A DNA stretch of 64,000 bases from Thermoanaerobaculia bacterium (GCA_030429235.1 JAUIDB010000001.1:75141-139140); one strand, 5' to 3'. Positions 1 through 9,091 are shown, counted from the stretch's first letter. Notes: generated by a model from the sequence alone, not told the origin. Numbers and translations are program-made.

Positions 1-1094
1 TCCAAACCGTCCTCGGCGAGCTCGGCTCGTCCCTGCGCCAGCCGCGCACGGTCGAATCGTCGCGCGAGAAACGGCGCCTCGAGGTCGGAAAAGGTCACCG
101 CCAGGCTTGCCTCCGAGAGGCCGTACACGGGAGTGAGAGCGGTCGGCGCTAGGCCCGACGCTTCGAAACGCTGACAGAAGCGGCGCAGCACCGACGGCGC
201 CACACTCTCGGCTCCATCGAGCGCTACGCGCCAGGACGACAGATCGAGCTCGGCGATCTCGGCATCGGTGACCCGGTCCGCCGCCAGAGCGTAGGCAAAG
301 TTGGGCGCCGGCGAGATCGTCGCGCGGTAGCGCGAGATCGCTCGCAGCCAACAACCGGGGCGGGCAACGAACAGTTCGGGGGGAATCAAGGTGAGGGTGG
401 CGGGCCGCTGGAGCGCGCTGAGTAACCCTCCGATGAGGCCCATGTCGTGGTAGAGCGGTAGCCAGGACACTCCGCTCTGGGTCACCTGGTCGTCGTCGGG
501 CCAGTGGGCCGACAGTGCTTCGACCTGGGCCACGATGGCCCGGTGGCTCAAGGCCACCGGTTTCGGGTCGACCGTGGTGCCCGAAGAAAACTGCACCAGG
601 GCCAAGGACTCTGGCGCGGGCCGCGCTACCGGCCGGCCGGCACCCTCCGGGGCCCGGCGGCGCAGCTCGTCGAGCGTGGCGGCACCGTACGCCGGCCGCG
701 CCGCCTCCAACGCGTGCCCGAGCACCCGCCGCACCCGACCGTCCGTGAGCACCAGCCGCGCCCCCGCCGCCTGGAGCAGCCGGGCGGTGCGGGCGCTGTA
801 CTCGTCCAAGCGTCCCAGGCGGACCGGCGGGTAGAGGGGCGTCGGAACCGCTCCCGCCAACAGCGTGCCGAGAAAGGCCTGTACGAACTCCCAGCTCGTG
901 GGGTAGATAAGGGCGACCCGCTCGCCGGGCTCGACCCCCAGGGCACCCAGGTCCGCCGCCACCGCTCGGGCCGCCGCGACCAGCTCGGGCCAGCCACGCC
1001 AGCTGGGGCGCTCGCGACGATCGAGGAGACGGAGACCGCAGGACTCGCCATCGGCCAGGGCCGCGCGGTCGATCCAGTGCAGGAGGGTGGTCAT
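1..1094 (-). CDS. Fatty acyl-AMP ligase / AMP-dependent synthetase (N-terminal ~364 codons; 3' end lies beyond the left edge)
   Basis: Truncated by the window edge, so absent from the ORF track. Reverse translation from ATG 1094 reads MTTLLHWIDRAALADGES...ALIYPTSWEFVQAFLGTLLAGAVPTPLYPP...LALVQFSSGTTVDPKPVALSHRAIVAQ...WLPLYHDMGLIGG, which matches adenylate-forming core motifs. ATGA start/stop overlap with the upstream ACP. Confidence 0.7.
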   Translation of the reverse strand, partial: MTTLLHWIDRAALADGESCGLRLLDRRERPSWRGWPELVAAARAVAADLGALGVEPGERVALIYPTSWEFVQAFLGTLLAGAVPTPLYPPVRLGRLDEYSARTARLLQAAGARLVLTDGRVRRVLGHALEAARPAYGAATLDELRRRAPEGAGRPVARPAPESLALVQFSSGTTVDPKPVALSHRAIVAQVEALSAHWPDDDQVTQSGVSWLPLYHDMGLIGGLLSALQRPATLTLIPPELFVARPGCWLRAISRYRATISPAPNFAYALAADRVTDAEIAELDLSSWRVALDGAESVAPSVLRRFCQRFEASGLAPTALTPVYGLSEASLAVTFSDLEAPFLARRFDRARLAQGRAELAEDGL

Positions 1095-1375
1095 GTGCCG
1101 ATCGTACGCCGCCTCACGATCACCGAGATCAGGTCGGCGACGGTGGCGAGTTCGGCCTCGTCTTCCGGCTCGAGGGCGATCTCGAAGTCGTTTTCGATCT
1201 CGACCAGCAGAGCCAGCTGAGCCAGCGAGTCGAGCTGCAGGTCTTCGATCAAGCGCAGCGACGGCGTGAGGCCGCCGTCGGCCAGGGGAGCAGTCCGCGG
1301 CGAAAGGTGGGGACGAGCCAGCTCGCCCAGGCGTCGCAGGATCTCGGCCGAGCTCGGGGCGGGAATCTCCGACAC
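1091..1375 (-). CDS. Acyl carrier protein (phosphopantetheine-binding)
   Basis: C-terminal part of ORF 1091..1489: LIEDLQLDSLAQLALLVEIENDFEIALEPEDEAELATVADLISVI, with the DSL attachment-serine motif. ATG 1489 would overlap the upstream methyltransferase, so in-frame GTG 1375 (VSEIPAPS) is preferred. Start uncertain. Confidence 0.7.
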   Translation of the reverse strand: MSEIPAPSSAEILRRLGELARPHLSPRTAPLADGGLTPSLRLIEDLQLDSLAQLALLVEIENDFEIALEPEDEAELATVADLISVIVRRRTIGT

Positions 1376-1389
1376 GCGTCGACTCGAGT

Positions 1390-2214
1390 TCAGGGGGTCC
1401 GCTGGAACGCGATCACGTCGTGGAACGAGTCCCAGCCTTGGGGCAGATGGTGGAGCTCGCGGAGCGAGACCGCCGACTCGTCGGCCCAACCCCGAAAGGT
1501 CTCTGCCGCGTGCCAGGCCGTGCCGTAGCTCCCCTCTCCCAGCGTCAGGTAGCTCTCGGGGTACGACCGGTAGGCGAGGCCGTGCTGGGCCACTTCCGCC
1601 GGGATCGCCTCGGCCTGGTCGGCGTAGGCTCCCCCGAAGAGGGTGTCGAGGTGGGCGAAGGCAAAGTGGCCGTGGAACGAGAAGACCAGAACCCCGCCGG
1701 GGCGCAGACTGTGCCCCAGTCGATCGAAGAGGATCTGGGCCGGTTCAGCCGGCAGGTGCGTAAAAACCGACCCCCCCCAGACGAGATCCGCCGTCGGTAG
1801 CTCGAGGTCCGCGGGTTCGGTCGGTGCCACCACCCCCGTGGCCGCGAAAGCGCGCCGGCAAAACGCCACCGCTTCGGCATCGAGATCGCAGGCGACGAAA
1901 TCGGCAGAGGGCAGGAACGACGGGAGATGGCGCAACACCCGGCCATACCCGCAGCCGTAGTCGATCACTCGATCGATCGACCCCGGCGACCGCTGGGCCG
2001 CCTCCAGGGTTTGGCGCAAGACCGCCACCGCCGAGCGACCGGCCCGCAGGTAGTACTCGATGCCCTTCTCTTCGCTGGGGTCGTACATCGTGTCCCGCAC
2101 GTGCACCGGCCCCGGGATGCCGTCCACCCGTCGCCCGCCGGCGCGACGGGGGTCGAGGCGGGTGACCAGGCGTCGCACCTGGCGACGGACGTGGGAGAAC
2201 GACGATTGGCTCAT
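1390..2214 (-). CDS. Class I SAM-dependent methyltransferase
   Basis: 274-aa ORF. It has SAM motif I (VIDYGCGYGRVLRHL), a downstream acidic loop (VACDLD) and the post-I region VLVFSFHG. Confidence 0.75.
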   Translation of the reverse strand: MSQSSFSHVRRQVRRLVTRLDPRRAGGRRVDGIPGPVHVRDTMYDPSEEKGIEYYLRAGRSAVAVLRQTLEAAQRSPGSIDRVIDYGCGYGRVLRHLPSFLPSADFVACDLDAEAVAFCRRAFAATGVVAPTEPADLELPTADLVWGGSVFTHLPAEPAQILFDRLGHSLRPGGVLVFSFHGHFAFAHLDTLFGGAYADQAEAIPAEVAQHGLAYRSYPESYLTLGEGSYGTAWHAAETFRGWADESAVSLRELHHLPQGWDSFHDVIAFQRTP

Positions 2215-2316
2215 GGATAGGGATTTCGGGCGCGGCGACCAAAGGCGACCGATTCTAGCCCATGGCGTCGATCGGCGGTGTGCCCTGGCTCACAGGTTGC
2301 CGGCCGCGGCGAGCCC

Positions 2317-2838
2317 TCACCGCAGGTCGGCCAACGCGCGGTCTTCCAAGCGGATCCGATGCCAGAGCAAGACCCCATTGGCCACCCCGAAGCCGACGGC
2401 GGTGGCCCACGCCCCGTGCACCAGGGGCAGAGCAAAGATCTCGACCGCCACCGCCACATAGTTGGGGTGGCGCAGCCAGCGGTACGGCCCCGTCGTCACC
2501 AGCGGCGCGTCGGGAAGGACCCACACGCGGGTGGTCCAGCGCTCCTTCAGGGTGGCGATGACCCAATATCGGGTCGCCTGGGTGGCGGCCACCAGAAGCA
2601 GCAGCACGACCGCCCACCCCGGGCGGAGCGGCCGGTCGAAGAGCAGGACCTCGACCGGCGCCGCCACCAGCCAGAGGCTGTGCAGCAAGACCATGACGGG
2701 GTAGTGCCGTGCCCCCACCTCGATCGCTCCCTCCGCCCGGAGAACCCGCTCGTGCCCCCGAGCCACCAACAGTTCCAGCCCGCGCTCGAGCGCGACGAGA
2801 AGTACCAGGACGACGAAGGCCAGTTGCGAGCTGACCAT
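2317..2838 (-). CDS. Isoprenylcysteine carboxyl methyltransferase (ICMT/PEMT)-family membrane methyltransferase
   Basis: Uses the internal ATG 2838 of track ORF 2317..3474; the upstream 212 codons are Arg/Gly shadow sequence over the PKS. The protein MVSSQLAFVVLVLL... is multi-TM and carries GPYRWLRHPNYVAVAVEIFALPL (RHPxY motif). TGATG overlap with the PKS stop. Confidence 0.75.
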   Translation of the reverse strand: MVSSQLAFVVLVLLVALERGLELLVARGHERVLRAEGAIEVGARHYPVMVLLHSLWLVAAPVEVLLFDRPLRPGWAVVLLLLVAATQATRYWVIATLKERWTTRVWVLPDAPLVTTGPYRWLRHPNYVAVAVEIFALPLVHGAWATAVGFGVANGVLLWHRIRLEDRALADLR

Positions 2839-3884
2839 CAGAACCGAAGCAACACCAACTCGGAGCAGAACCCCGGCCCCATCGCCGTCATCAGCCCCCA
2901 ACTGCCCTCGGGCGGTGGATCCTCGAGCGCCGCCTCGAGCACCAGAAGTACCGAGGTCGAGGAGAGGTTTCCGACCTCCTCGAGGCTCTGCCAGGTGGCG
3001 GCCAGGGCTTCGGGGGGCAGATCGAGCGACTGCTCCATCGCCTGCAGCACCTTGGGGCCGCCCGGGTGGGCGATCCAGCGGGCGATGTCCGAGCGCTCGA
3101 GTCCCTGCTCGGCCAGGAAGGCGTCGATGTCCCCGGCCAGGTGGCGGCTCACCATCTCGGGCACCTCCGCCGAGAGCACGATGCCGAAGCCGCGCTCCGA
3201 AATCTCCCATCCCATGACGCGCTCGGTGTCGCGGTAGAAAACCGAGCGGCTCGCCACCACCTCGGGCCCGCGAGCCCGATGATCCCGGCCGACGAGCACC
3301 ACCGCGGCCGCCCCGTCGCCGAACAGTCCGGTGGCGATGAGATTCGGAATCGAGAGGTCTTCGGCCTGCACCGTGAGAGAACAGAGCTCGACCGACAGCA
3401 GCACCGCCACCTGCTCCGGATACCCCTGTACGTAGTCGGCGGCGCGGGCGACCCCGGCGGCCCCGGCCAGGCACCCGAGGCCGAAGATCGGAACCCGCTT
3501 GACGTCCGGTCGTAGCGGCAGTCGGTTCATCAGTCGCGCGTCGAGCGAGGGTGTCGCCACCCCGGTGACCGTGGTGCTGTACAACGCGTCGACCGACTCC
3601 GCCCCCAGACCGGCCTGGGCCAGGGCAGCTCGCACGGCCTGCGCTCCCAACTCCTGCGCCACCTCGATCCAGGCATCGTTGGCGTCGCCAAACCCGGCGA
3701 GCTCACCGTAGCGTTCGATTGGGAGCGCCAGGTGGCGTCCCCCCACCAGAACGTTTTGGTGCAACTGCCGCAGTCGCCGGGGGTTGAAGAACTGGCTCCC
3801 CCAGCGCTCCTCGAAGGCAGCGAGGAGCTCGGACTGGGCGTAGTAGTGCGGCGGGAAGGCATGCCCGACGCCGGCGACTCGCAC
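2838..3884 (-). CDS. Type III polyketide synthase (chalcone/stilbene synthase-like)
   Basis: 348 aa. The Cys-His-Asn triad contexts are visible: PIFGLGCLAGAAG, WIAHPGGPKVL and VGNLSSTSVL. The thiolase-fold length is typical of bacterial alkylresorcinol/alkylpyrone synthases. Confidence 0.85.
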   Translation of the reverse strand: MRVAGVGHAFPPHYYAQSELLAAFEERWGSQFFNPRRLRQLHQNVLVGGRHLALPIERYGELAGFGDANDAWIEVAQELGAQAVRAALAQAGLGAESVDALYSTTVTGVATPSLDARLMNRLPLRPDVKRVPIFGLGCLAGAAGVARAADYVQGYPEQVAVLLSVELCSLTVQAEDLSIPNLIATGLFGDGAAAVVLVGRDHRARGPEVVASRSVFYRDTERVMGWEISERGFGIVLSAEVPEMVSRHLAGDIDAFLAEQGLERSDIARWIAHPGGPKVLQAMEQSLDLPPEALAATWQSLEEVGNLSSTSVLLVLEAALEDPPPEGSWGLMTAMGPGFCSELVLLRF

Positions 3885-4316
3885 CTAGAATTCGACCCCG
3901 GGGCCGCCTGGTTGCACGATCGGGCGGCCCTCCGTCCTCGAGACCGAGAAACGGCGCGCCAGGAGTCCGAGCGTCAGCCCGCCGACGGCGTAGAGGGCCA
4001 ACCAGGCGTACCCTTGGTCCACCCACGGTTCGGTGGCGAGGTCCGTAGCCCGCGCCAGGGTCAGCACGGTCAGCGCGCCGCGGAACACCCAGGCCACGCC
4101 GGCCGTCAGCAAGCCGTCGCCCCACCAGGACCCGCCGCGACCCTGCACGAGGAGGAAGAGACCGGTCAGTGCCAGCGCTTCCAACGCCAGTTCGCTGAGC
4201 CGACCCGAACCGCTCACCCCGCCGGCCGCCCCCCAGCCGAGGAGGTCCTGCACGAAAGCACCGGCGGCGAGTTCGAGGGTGACCAAGGGGAGGCCGAGGA
4301 GAAGGAAACGAAGCAC
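3885..4316 (-). CDS. Small integral membrane protein, family not recognised
   Basis: Last 143 codons of ORF 3885..4589, starting at GTG 4316 (7 nt after the upstream stop). VLRFLLLGLPLVTLELAAGAFV...LALTGLFLLV...LLTAGVAWVFRGALTVLTL...WLALYAVGGLTLGLL gives about four hydrophobic spans. The stop abuts the PKS ATG. Start uncertain. Confidence 0.45.
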   Translation of the reverse strand: MLRFLLLGLPLVTLELAAGAFVQDLLGWGAAGGVSGSGRLSELALEALALTGLFLLVQGRGGSWWGDGLLTAGVAWVFRGALTVLTLARATDLATEPWVDQGYAWLALYAVGGLTLGLLARRFSVSRTEGRPIVQPGGPGVEF

Positions 4317-4323
4317 CGACGCA

Positions 4324-4872
4324 TCATAGCCCGCCGCGATCGGCGCACTCTCCCCGCAAGGTACCCAGCGGCCGGTTCTCGCGATCGACCAGACCCTCGC
4401 GCAACAACCAGAACCGCGCATCCTCGGCGTCGCCCTCGAACCAGGCGCGAGCCGAGCCCAGGCGGAAGGTGTAGCCCCAGTGGTCCATGTCGGCCCACAT
4501 GCGGCGACGACCCATCCCCGCCAATCGATCGGCCAGCAGAATCTGCAGGTAGCAGACCGCGTCCTCTTCGTCGTAACCACCGCCGGCATCGGTGTGCAGG
4601 CCCTGCCGCCGGTCGGGGGTCATGCAGATGTAGTGGCAGGCCTCGTGCAGCGCCGACTGCACGGGAGTGTCGGAACGAACGTAGAGCCGGCGATCGATCA
4701 GTCCCGCCTCCGGGTCGCCCCAGTAGCTGCCGGGAATCGACTCCGTCGAGAGCACCTCGTGGACCTCCATCCGGTAGGGCTCGAGCAGCCTCCGCAGGGC
4801 CGTGACCCCCACCTCGTCCACTATCAGCTGCGGGCCCGCCGGCCGCTCCGTCGACTCCGATTCGTTCGCCAT
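4324..4872 (-). CDS. Hypothetical protein with HExxH-like motif (HEACH)
   Basis: 182-aa ORF with normal amino-acid composition. It has SALHEACHYICM and acidic/aromatic-rich segments. It is the first gene of the minus-strand PKS operon. Family not recognised. Confidence 0.5.
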   Translation of the reverse strand: MANESESTERPAGPQLIVDEVGVTALRRLLEPYRMEVHEVLSTESIPGSYWGDPEAGLIDRRLYVRSDTPVQSALHEACHYICMTPDRRQGLHTDAGGGYDEEDAVCYLQILLADRLAGMGRRRMWADMDHWGYTFRLGSARAWFEGDAEDARFWLLREGLVDRENRPLGTLRGECADRGGL

Positions 4873-5008
4873 TCGTCCTCCTCGGTGGGGGCTTCGTCTC
4901 GACCCGCCGTTCCGAGGGTGCTATCTTCGCTCACAGTTCAGCGTCCCCACAACCGACCGGTACCGGTGCTCGCGCCCCGGACTGCCGAGCGAACCAGAGA
5001 GAGAAACC

Positions 5009-7000
5009 GTGTCCGTCCTCGCCGTCGTCGTCCAGGAGAAAGACCTCGCTGGACTCCTGCCCTGGGGCTGTGAGTTCGCCAGCGGCGACGATGCGGGGTT
5101 GGTCCTGGTCGAGCCGGTGCTCGGCCCCCGCCAGGAGCCGGTTCAACTCGACCTGACCGCGGCCGAACCCGAGCCCCTGGTGGCGCACATCCTCGAGTTG
5201 CAGGCCACGACCGAACCACCGCGCGGGGCCGATGGCGAACTCCGCAGCCTGCCCCAGCTGCGCGCCTTTCGCGTGCAGGGACCGGACCTGGTCGCGGCCA
5301 TCCTCGAACTGGTCGACGACCTCGACGGCCAGCTTCTGATCGTGGCCAAACACGAGCGCCTGCGGGGAGCGGGTGCCGACGAGGCGCTGGTGCGACAGCT
5401 CTTCCGTCAATCGCCCTGTGCGACCCTGTTGCTCCGAGCCGCCCCGGAGAGCCGCATGCGACGGCGGCGACTGCTGGTGCCGACGGCTGGCGGCCCCAAC
5501 GCCGAAGCGGCCTTGCGCTGGGCCGACCGCATGGCCCGCCACGCTGATGCCCAGGTGACCGCGCTCTTCGTCGAGCCGCCGATCGGCGAAGACCCCGAAC
5601 TGGTCGGCGAACGGCTGCTCGAGACGGCGATCGCGGACGCCAACCTCGAGGACTCCGAACACATCGAACGCCGCGTCGAGGTGGCCGAGGGAGTGCCCGA
5701 GGCGATCCGGGCCATCGCCGAAGAGGACTACGACATGGTGCTCATCGGAGCCTCGTACCAGGGCTTTGTGCGCCAGATGCTCTTCGGCACCCTGCCGCAG
5801 CACCTGATGGAGGGTGAGGACGCGGTGGCGGTGGGCGTCCTGCGCGCCCGGAAGCGTCTGGTGTCCCGCCTGGTGGAGACTCTGGAAGGTTGGTTCTCCC
5901 GTCGCTTGCCGCAGCTGGCGCGGGACGAGCGGGTCGCCCTGTTCGAGACCTTGCAGTCGCGCTCGCGATGGGACGTCGATTTCCTGCTCCTGATGGCCTT
6001 GTCGACCGCCATCGCGGCCCTCGGTTTGATCCAGTCCTCCGCCGCCGTGGTGATCGGGGCCATGTTGGTGGCGCCGCTGATGACCCCTCTCCTGTCGGCG
6101 GGTCTGGCCCTGGTGCAGGGCAACTCACCGCTCCTGCGGACCGCCAGCCGATCCCTGACCCTGGGTTTTTTGACCGCGGTGGGCATCGGCTTCGTACTCG
6201 GGCTGATCGCCCCGATGCCCGCGCTGACCCCCGAGCTTCTGGCCCGCGGTGCTCCCACTCTGCTCGACCTCGGGGTGGCCTTCCTCTCCGGATTGGCCGC
6301 GGCCTACGCCAGCGGTCGCCCCGCTCTCTCGGCCGCCCTTCCCGGCGTCGCGATCGCCGCCGCCCTGGTGCCACCGATCGCCACCGTCGGCGTCTCTCTA
6401 GCCCACGGGGCGGGACGCAACGCCCTGGGGGCGGCGCTCCTGTTTTCGACCAACGTGGTGGCGATCGTGTTGGGGGCGGCGGTCTGTCTCTACGCGCTGG
6501 GCGTGCGCAGCGGCCCGCGCGGCTCCCGGGTTCCGCTCTGGGTTCGACGTGTCGTCCTGGCGCTGCTCTTCGCCGTCGCCCTGCTGGCCATCCCTCTCAC
6601 CTCCGTCCTGGTTAGTTCGCTGCAGTCCAAAGTCGAGGCTCCCTTCGCCGTCCTGCAACTGGAATCGGCCCTGCAGCAGCGTCTCACCGAGTGGCCGGGA
6701 GTCGAGTTCGAGAGCCTGCGAGTCGTACAGCGAGCACCGATGACCCTCGAGATCCGGGTTGCCGCCGCCGCGCCACCGGGTCCTGAGCTCGCCCGAGAAC
6801 TCGCCGAAACCGCGTCGCTCGTGCTGGAGAATCCAGTGCGCATTCGCCTGGTCGAGACGCTCGTGGTCTACGGCGAAGCCGCCGACGTGGCGCCTCACCC
6901 GACGGACGCTACCTCGGACCCGCTAGCGGTAGCCCCGGCCCAGGAGCCATCCTTACCGCCCGAGGCCGAAACCGAGAGCCCGACCTCTACGGTCGACTGA
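5009..7000 (+). CDS. Universal-stress-protein-domain / DUF389-type membrane protein fusion
   Basis: ORF 4802..7000. GTG 5009 (VSVLAVVVQ) is the likely start. USP-like region: RLLVPTAGGPNAEAALRWA...DYDMVLIGASYQGFVRQMLFGTLPQHLM. It is followed by DUF389-like TM repeats (DVDFLLLMALSTAIAALGLIQSSAAVVIGAMLVAPLMTPLL...GVAIAAALVPPIATVGVSL). Confidence 0.65.
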   Translation: MSVLAVVVQEKDLAGLLPWGCEFASGDDAGLVLVEPVLGPRQEPVQLDLTAAEPEPLVAHILELQATTEPPRGADGELRSLPQLRAFRVQGPDLVAAILELVDDLDGQLLIVAKHERLRGAGADEALVRQLFRQSPCATLLLRAAPESRMRRRRLLVPTAGGPNAEAALRWADRMARHADAQVTALFVEPPIGEDPELVGERLLETAIADANLEDSEHIERRVEVAEGVPEAIRAIAEEDYDMVLIGASYQGFVRQMLFGTLPQHLMEGEDAVAVGVLRARKRLVSRLVETLEGWFSRRLPQLARDERVALFETLQSRSRWDVDFLLLMALSTAIAALGLIQSSAAVVIGAMLVAPLMTPLLSAGLALVQGNSPLLRTASRSLTLGFLTAVGIGFVLGLIAPMPALTPELLARGAPTLLDLGVAFLSGLAAAYASGRPALSAALPGVAIAAALVPPIATVGVSLAHGAGRNALGAALLFSTNVVAIVLGAAVCLYALGVRSGPRGSRVPLWVRRVVLALLFAVALLAIPLTSVLVSSLQSKVEAPFAVLQLESALQQRLTEWPGVEFESLRVVQRAPMTLEIRVAAAAPPGPELARELAETASLVLENPVRIRLVETLVVYGEAADVAPHPTDATSDPLAVAPAQEPSLPPEAETESPTSTVD

Positions 7001-7034
7001 ACCAAGGTCCCGGCACCTCCGTACCAACCTCCAG

Positions 7035-7826
7035 ATGCTCACCCCGCCCCCCCATCCCCGGCCCCCGCTGAAAACCCTGGCCGATCCCACCCTGGTGGTC
7101 TTCACCCTGGGCAGCGAGGCCGAAGCCCGCCGCAAGCAGCTGCTGGGCCCGGCGCACTACGACCTCGAACGAACCCTCTTTGCCAGCGAGCTCCAGCGGC
7201 TGCTGGCCTGCGGCGAGGAGGCCGGATACCGCCTCGCGGTGGCGGCGCCGCGACCGACGGCAGCCGGACACCACCACGTCGAGCGCGTGGGCCAGCCTTC
7301 CGGCTCCTTCGGCCGTCGGCTCGCCGGGTCGATCGCTCTCGCCTGTCCCGACCCGACGGCGCCCTGGGTGGTGGTCGGCCTCGACTGCCCCGAGCTCGGA
7401 GAGGGCCTGCTGCGACGGACCCGGAACCTACTGCGCTCCGACCCCGCGGACCGCCGAGTGGTGCTCGGCCCGAGCCGGGACGGTGGTCTCTACCTGATCG
7501 CCGCCAACCGTCCTTTGGCAGCCCTGCTGCAACAGGCCTCCTGGGGCCACCGACGAACCGCCCAGAGCCTGCGCCGCCTGCTGCTCGACGCCGGCCTCGA
7601 GATCGTCGAGCTTCCCCTCCTCGGCGATCTCGACTGCAGCGGCGACCTTTGGCGCTGGTTGAGCAAGCCCACGGGGCACGCCTCGCCCTCCGCGGGGCCG
7701 GGTTCGACCGCCCTCCGCCGAGCGATCCGCCGGCGCTTGGCTCGTCCCCCAGCGGCGGCTGTCGCCGAGAGAGTCTCCGCCGCGCCCACGCGCTCCCCGG
7801 TCGGCAGCCGCGCCCCGCCGAACTGA
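7035..7826 (+). CDS. DUF2064-like (TIGR04282-type, rSAM/selenodomain-associated transferase-like) protein
   Basis: 263 aa. TLVVFTLGSEAEARRKQLL...VVVGLDCPELG...VLGPSRDGGLYLIAAN resembles the DUF2064 nucleotide-diphospho-sugar-transferase-like family. Assignment is from memory of the motifs only. Confidence 0.5.
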   Translation: MLTPPPHPRPPLKTLADPTLVVFTLGSEAEARRKQLLGPAHYDLERTLFASELQRLLACGEEAGYRLAVAAPRPTAAGHHHVERVGQPSGSFGRRLAGSIALACPDPTAPWVVVGLDCPELGEGLLRRTRNLLRSDPADRRVVLGPSRDGGLYLIAANRPLAALLQQASWGHRRTAQSLRRLLLDAGLEIVELPLLGDLDCSGDLWRWLSKPTGHASPSAGPGSTALRRAIRRRLARPPAAAVAERVSAAPTRSPVGSRAPPN

Positions 7827-7930
7827 GCCGAGGCCCGAGCCGGCTTCGCTCCTTCGCGTCATCCCTGCTTCCGGCGCCCGCTCCGGCGCGGAGCTCTACC
7901 TCCCCGATCCCACAGCCACGAGAGAACCCG

Positions 7931-9091
7931 ATGCACACCAGCCCCGAAGTCGAATCCACCGTTCGCGACCGCTACGCCCAAGGAGCGGGACGCGCCGTCC
8001 CTGAACTCTGCTGTCCAGTCGACTACGACCCCCGCTACCTCGAAGCGATCCCCTCCGAGGTCCTCGAGCGCGACTACGGCTGCGGCGACCCTTCGGCCCA
8101 CCTTCGGCCAGGGGAGACCGTCCTCGACCTCGGTTCGGGTACTGGCAAGATCTGCTTCATCGCGGCCCAGGTGGTCGGCCCCGAGGGCAAGGTCATCGGA
8201 ATTGACATGACGCCGGAGATGTTGGCGGTCGCACGGCAGAACGCGCCGCTGGTCGCCGAGCGGATCGGCTACGACAACGTCGAGTTCCGGCGCGGCCGAA
8301 TCCAAGACCTGGCCCTCGACCTCGACCGCCTCGAGGCGACCCTGGCCGACGAGCCCGTCGACAGCGCGGACGGCTTCCTGAGGGCCGAGGCGAGGGCCGA
8401 GACGCTGCGCCGCGAAGAGCCGATGGTGCCCACCGAAGGGGTGGACGTGGTGGTCTCGAACTGCGTCCTGAACCTGGTCGATTCTCAACTCAAGCCCCGG
8501 CTCTTCGAAGAGATCCATCGCGTCCTCAAGCGCGGGGGCCGCGCCGTCATCTCCGACATCGTGGCCGACGAAGAGGTGCCGGAGGCGCTGCAAAACGACC
8601 CCGAGCTGTGGAGCGGTTGCATCTCGGGCGCCCTGACCGAGGCGGGCTTTCTCCGCGCCTTCGAGGCCGCCGGTTTCTACGGGATCCGGATCCTCGAACG
8701 ACAAGTCGAGCCTTGGCAGACGGTCGAGGGAATCGAGTTCCGCTCGCTCACCGTCGAAGCCTTCAAGGGCAAAGAGGGTGCCTGCTGGGAGCGCAACCAG
8801 GCGGTGGTCTACAAGGGGCCGTTCCGCCGCGTGCTGGACGACGACGGCCACGAGATGGAGCGGGGCCTCCGCTACGCGGTGTGCGACAAGACCTACCAGA
8901 TCTACCGCCAGTCGCCCTACCGCGAGCACTTCGAGTTCATCGAACCCAGAGAGGCCGTGGCCCTCGCGGAGGCCGAACCCTTCGACTGCTCGCGCACGCC
9001 CTTGCGGCACCCGCACGAGACCAAGGGCGAGGGGTACTCGACCACCCAGGTCTCAGAGACCCCTTGCTGCGCTTCGGACGGTTGCGGTTGA
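7931..9091 (+). CDS. arsM: ArsM-like SAM-dependent (arsenite-type) methyltransferase
   Basis: Uses the internal ATG 7931 of ORF 7649..9091 (MHTSPEVESTVRDRYAQGAG). Cys contexts typical of As(III) S-adenosylmethionine methyltransferases are present: ELCCPVDY, ERDYGCGDP, SNCVLNLV and WSGCISGALTEAGF. SAM motif I is VLDLGSGTGK. The tail is Cys-rich (CCASDGCG). Confidence 0.65.
   Translation: MHTSPEVESTVRDRYAQGAGRAVPELCCPVDYDPRYLEAIPSEVLERDYGCGDPSAHLRPGETVLDLGSGTGKICFIAAQVVGPEGKVIGIDMTPEMLAVARQNAPLVAERIGYDNVEFRRGRIQDLALDLDRLEATLADEPVDSADGFLRAEARAETLRREEPMVPTEGVDVVVSNCVLNLVDSQLKPRLFEEIHRVLKRGGRAVISDIVADEEVPEALQNDPELWSGCISGALTEAGFLRAFEAAGFYGIRILERQVEPWQTVEGIEFRSLTVEAFKGKEGACWERNQAVVYKGPFRRVLDDDGHEMERGLRYAVCDKTYQIYRQSPYREHFEFIEPREAVALAEAEPFDCSRTPLRHPHETKGEGYSTTQVSETPCCASDGCG

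Noticed and set aside
504-1220. Overlapping short plus/minus ORFs at the left end (504..1220, 515..748, 535..834, 626..1051)
   Set aside because: The region is covered by the edge-truncated minus-strand fatty acyl-AMP ligase frame, which shows adenylation motifs. The listed ORFs are shadow frames.
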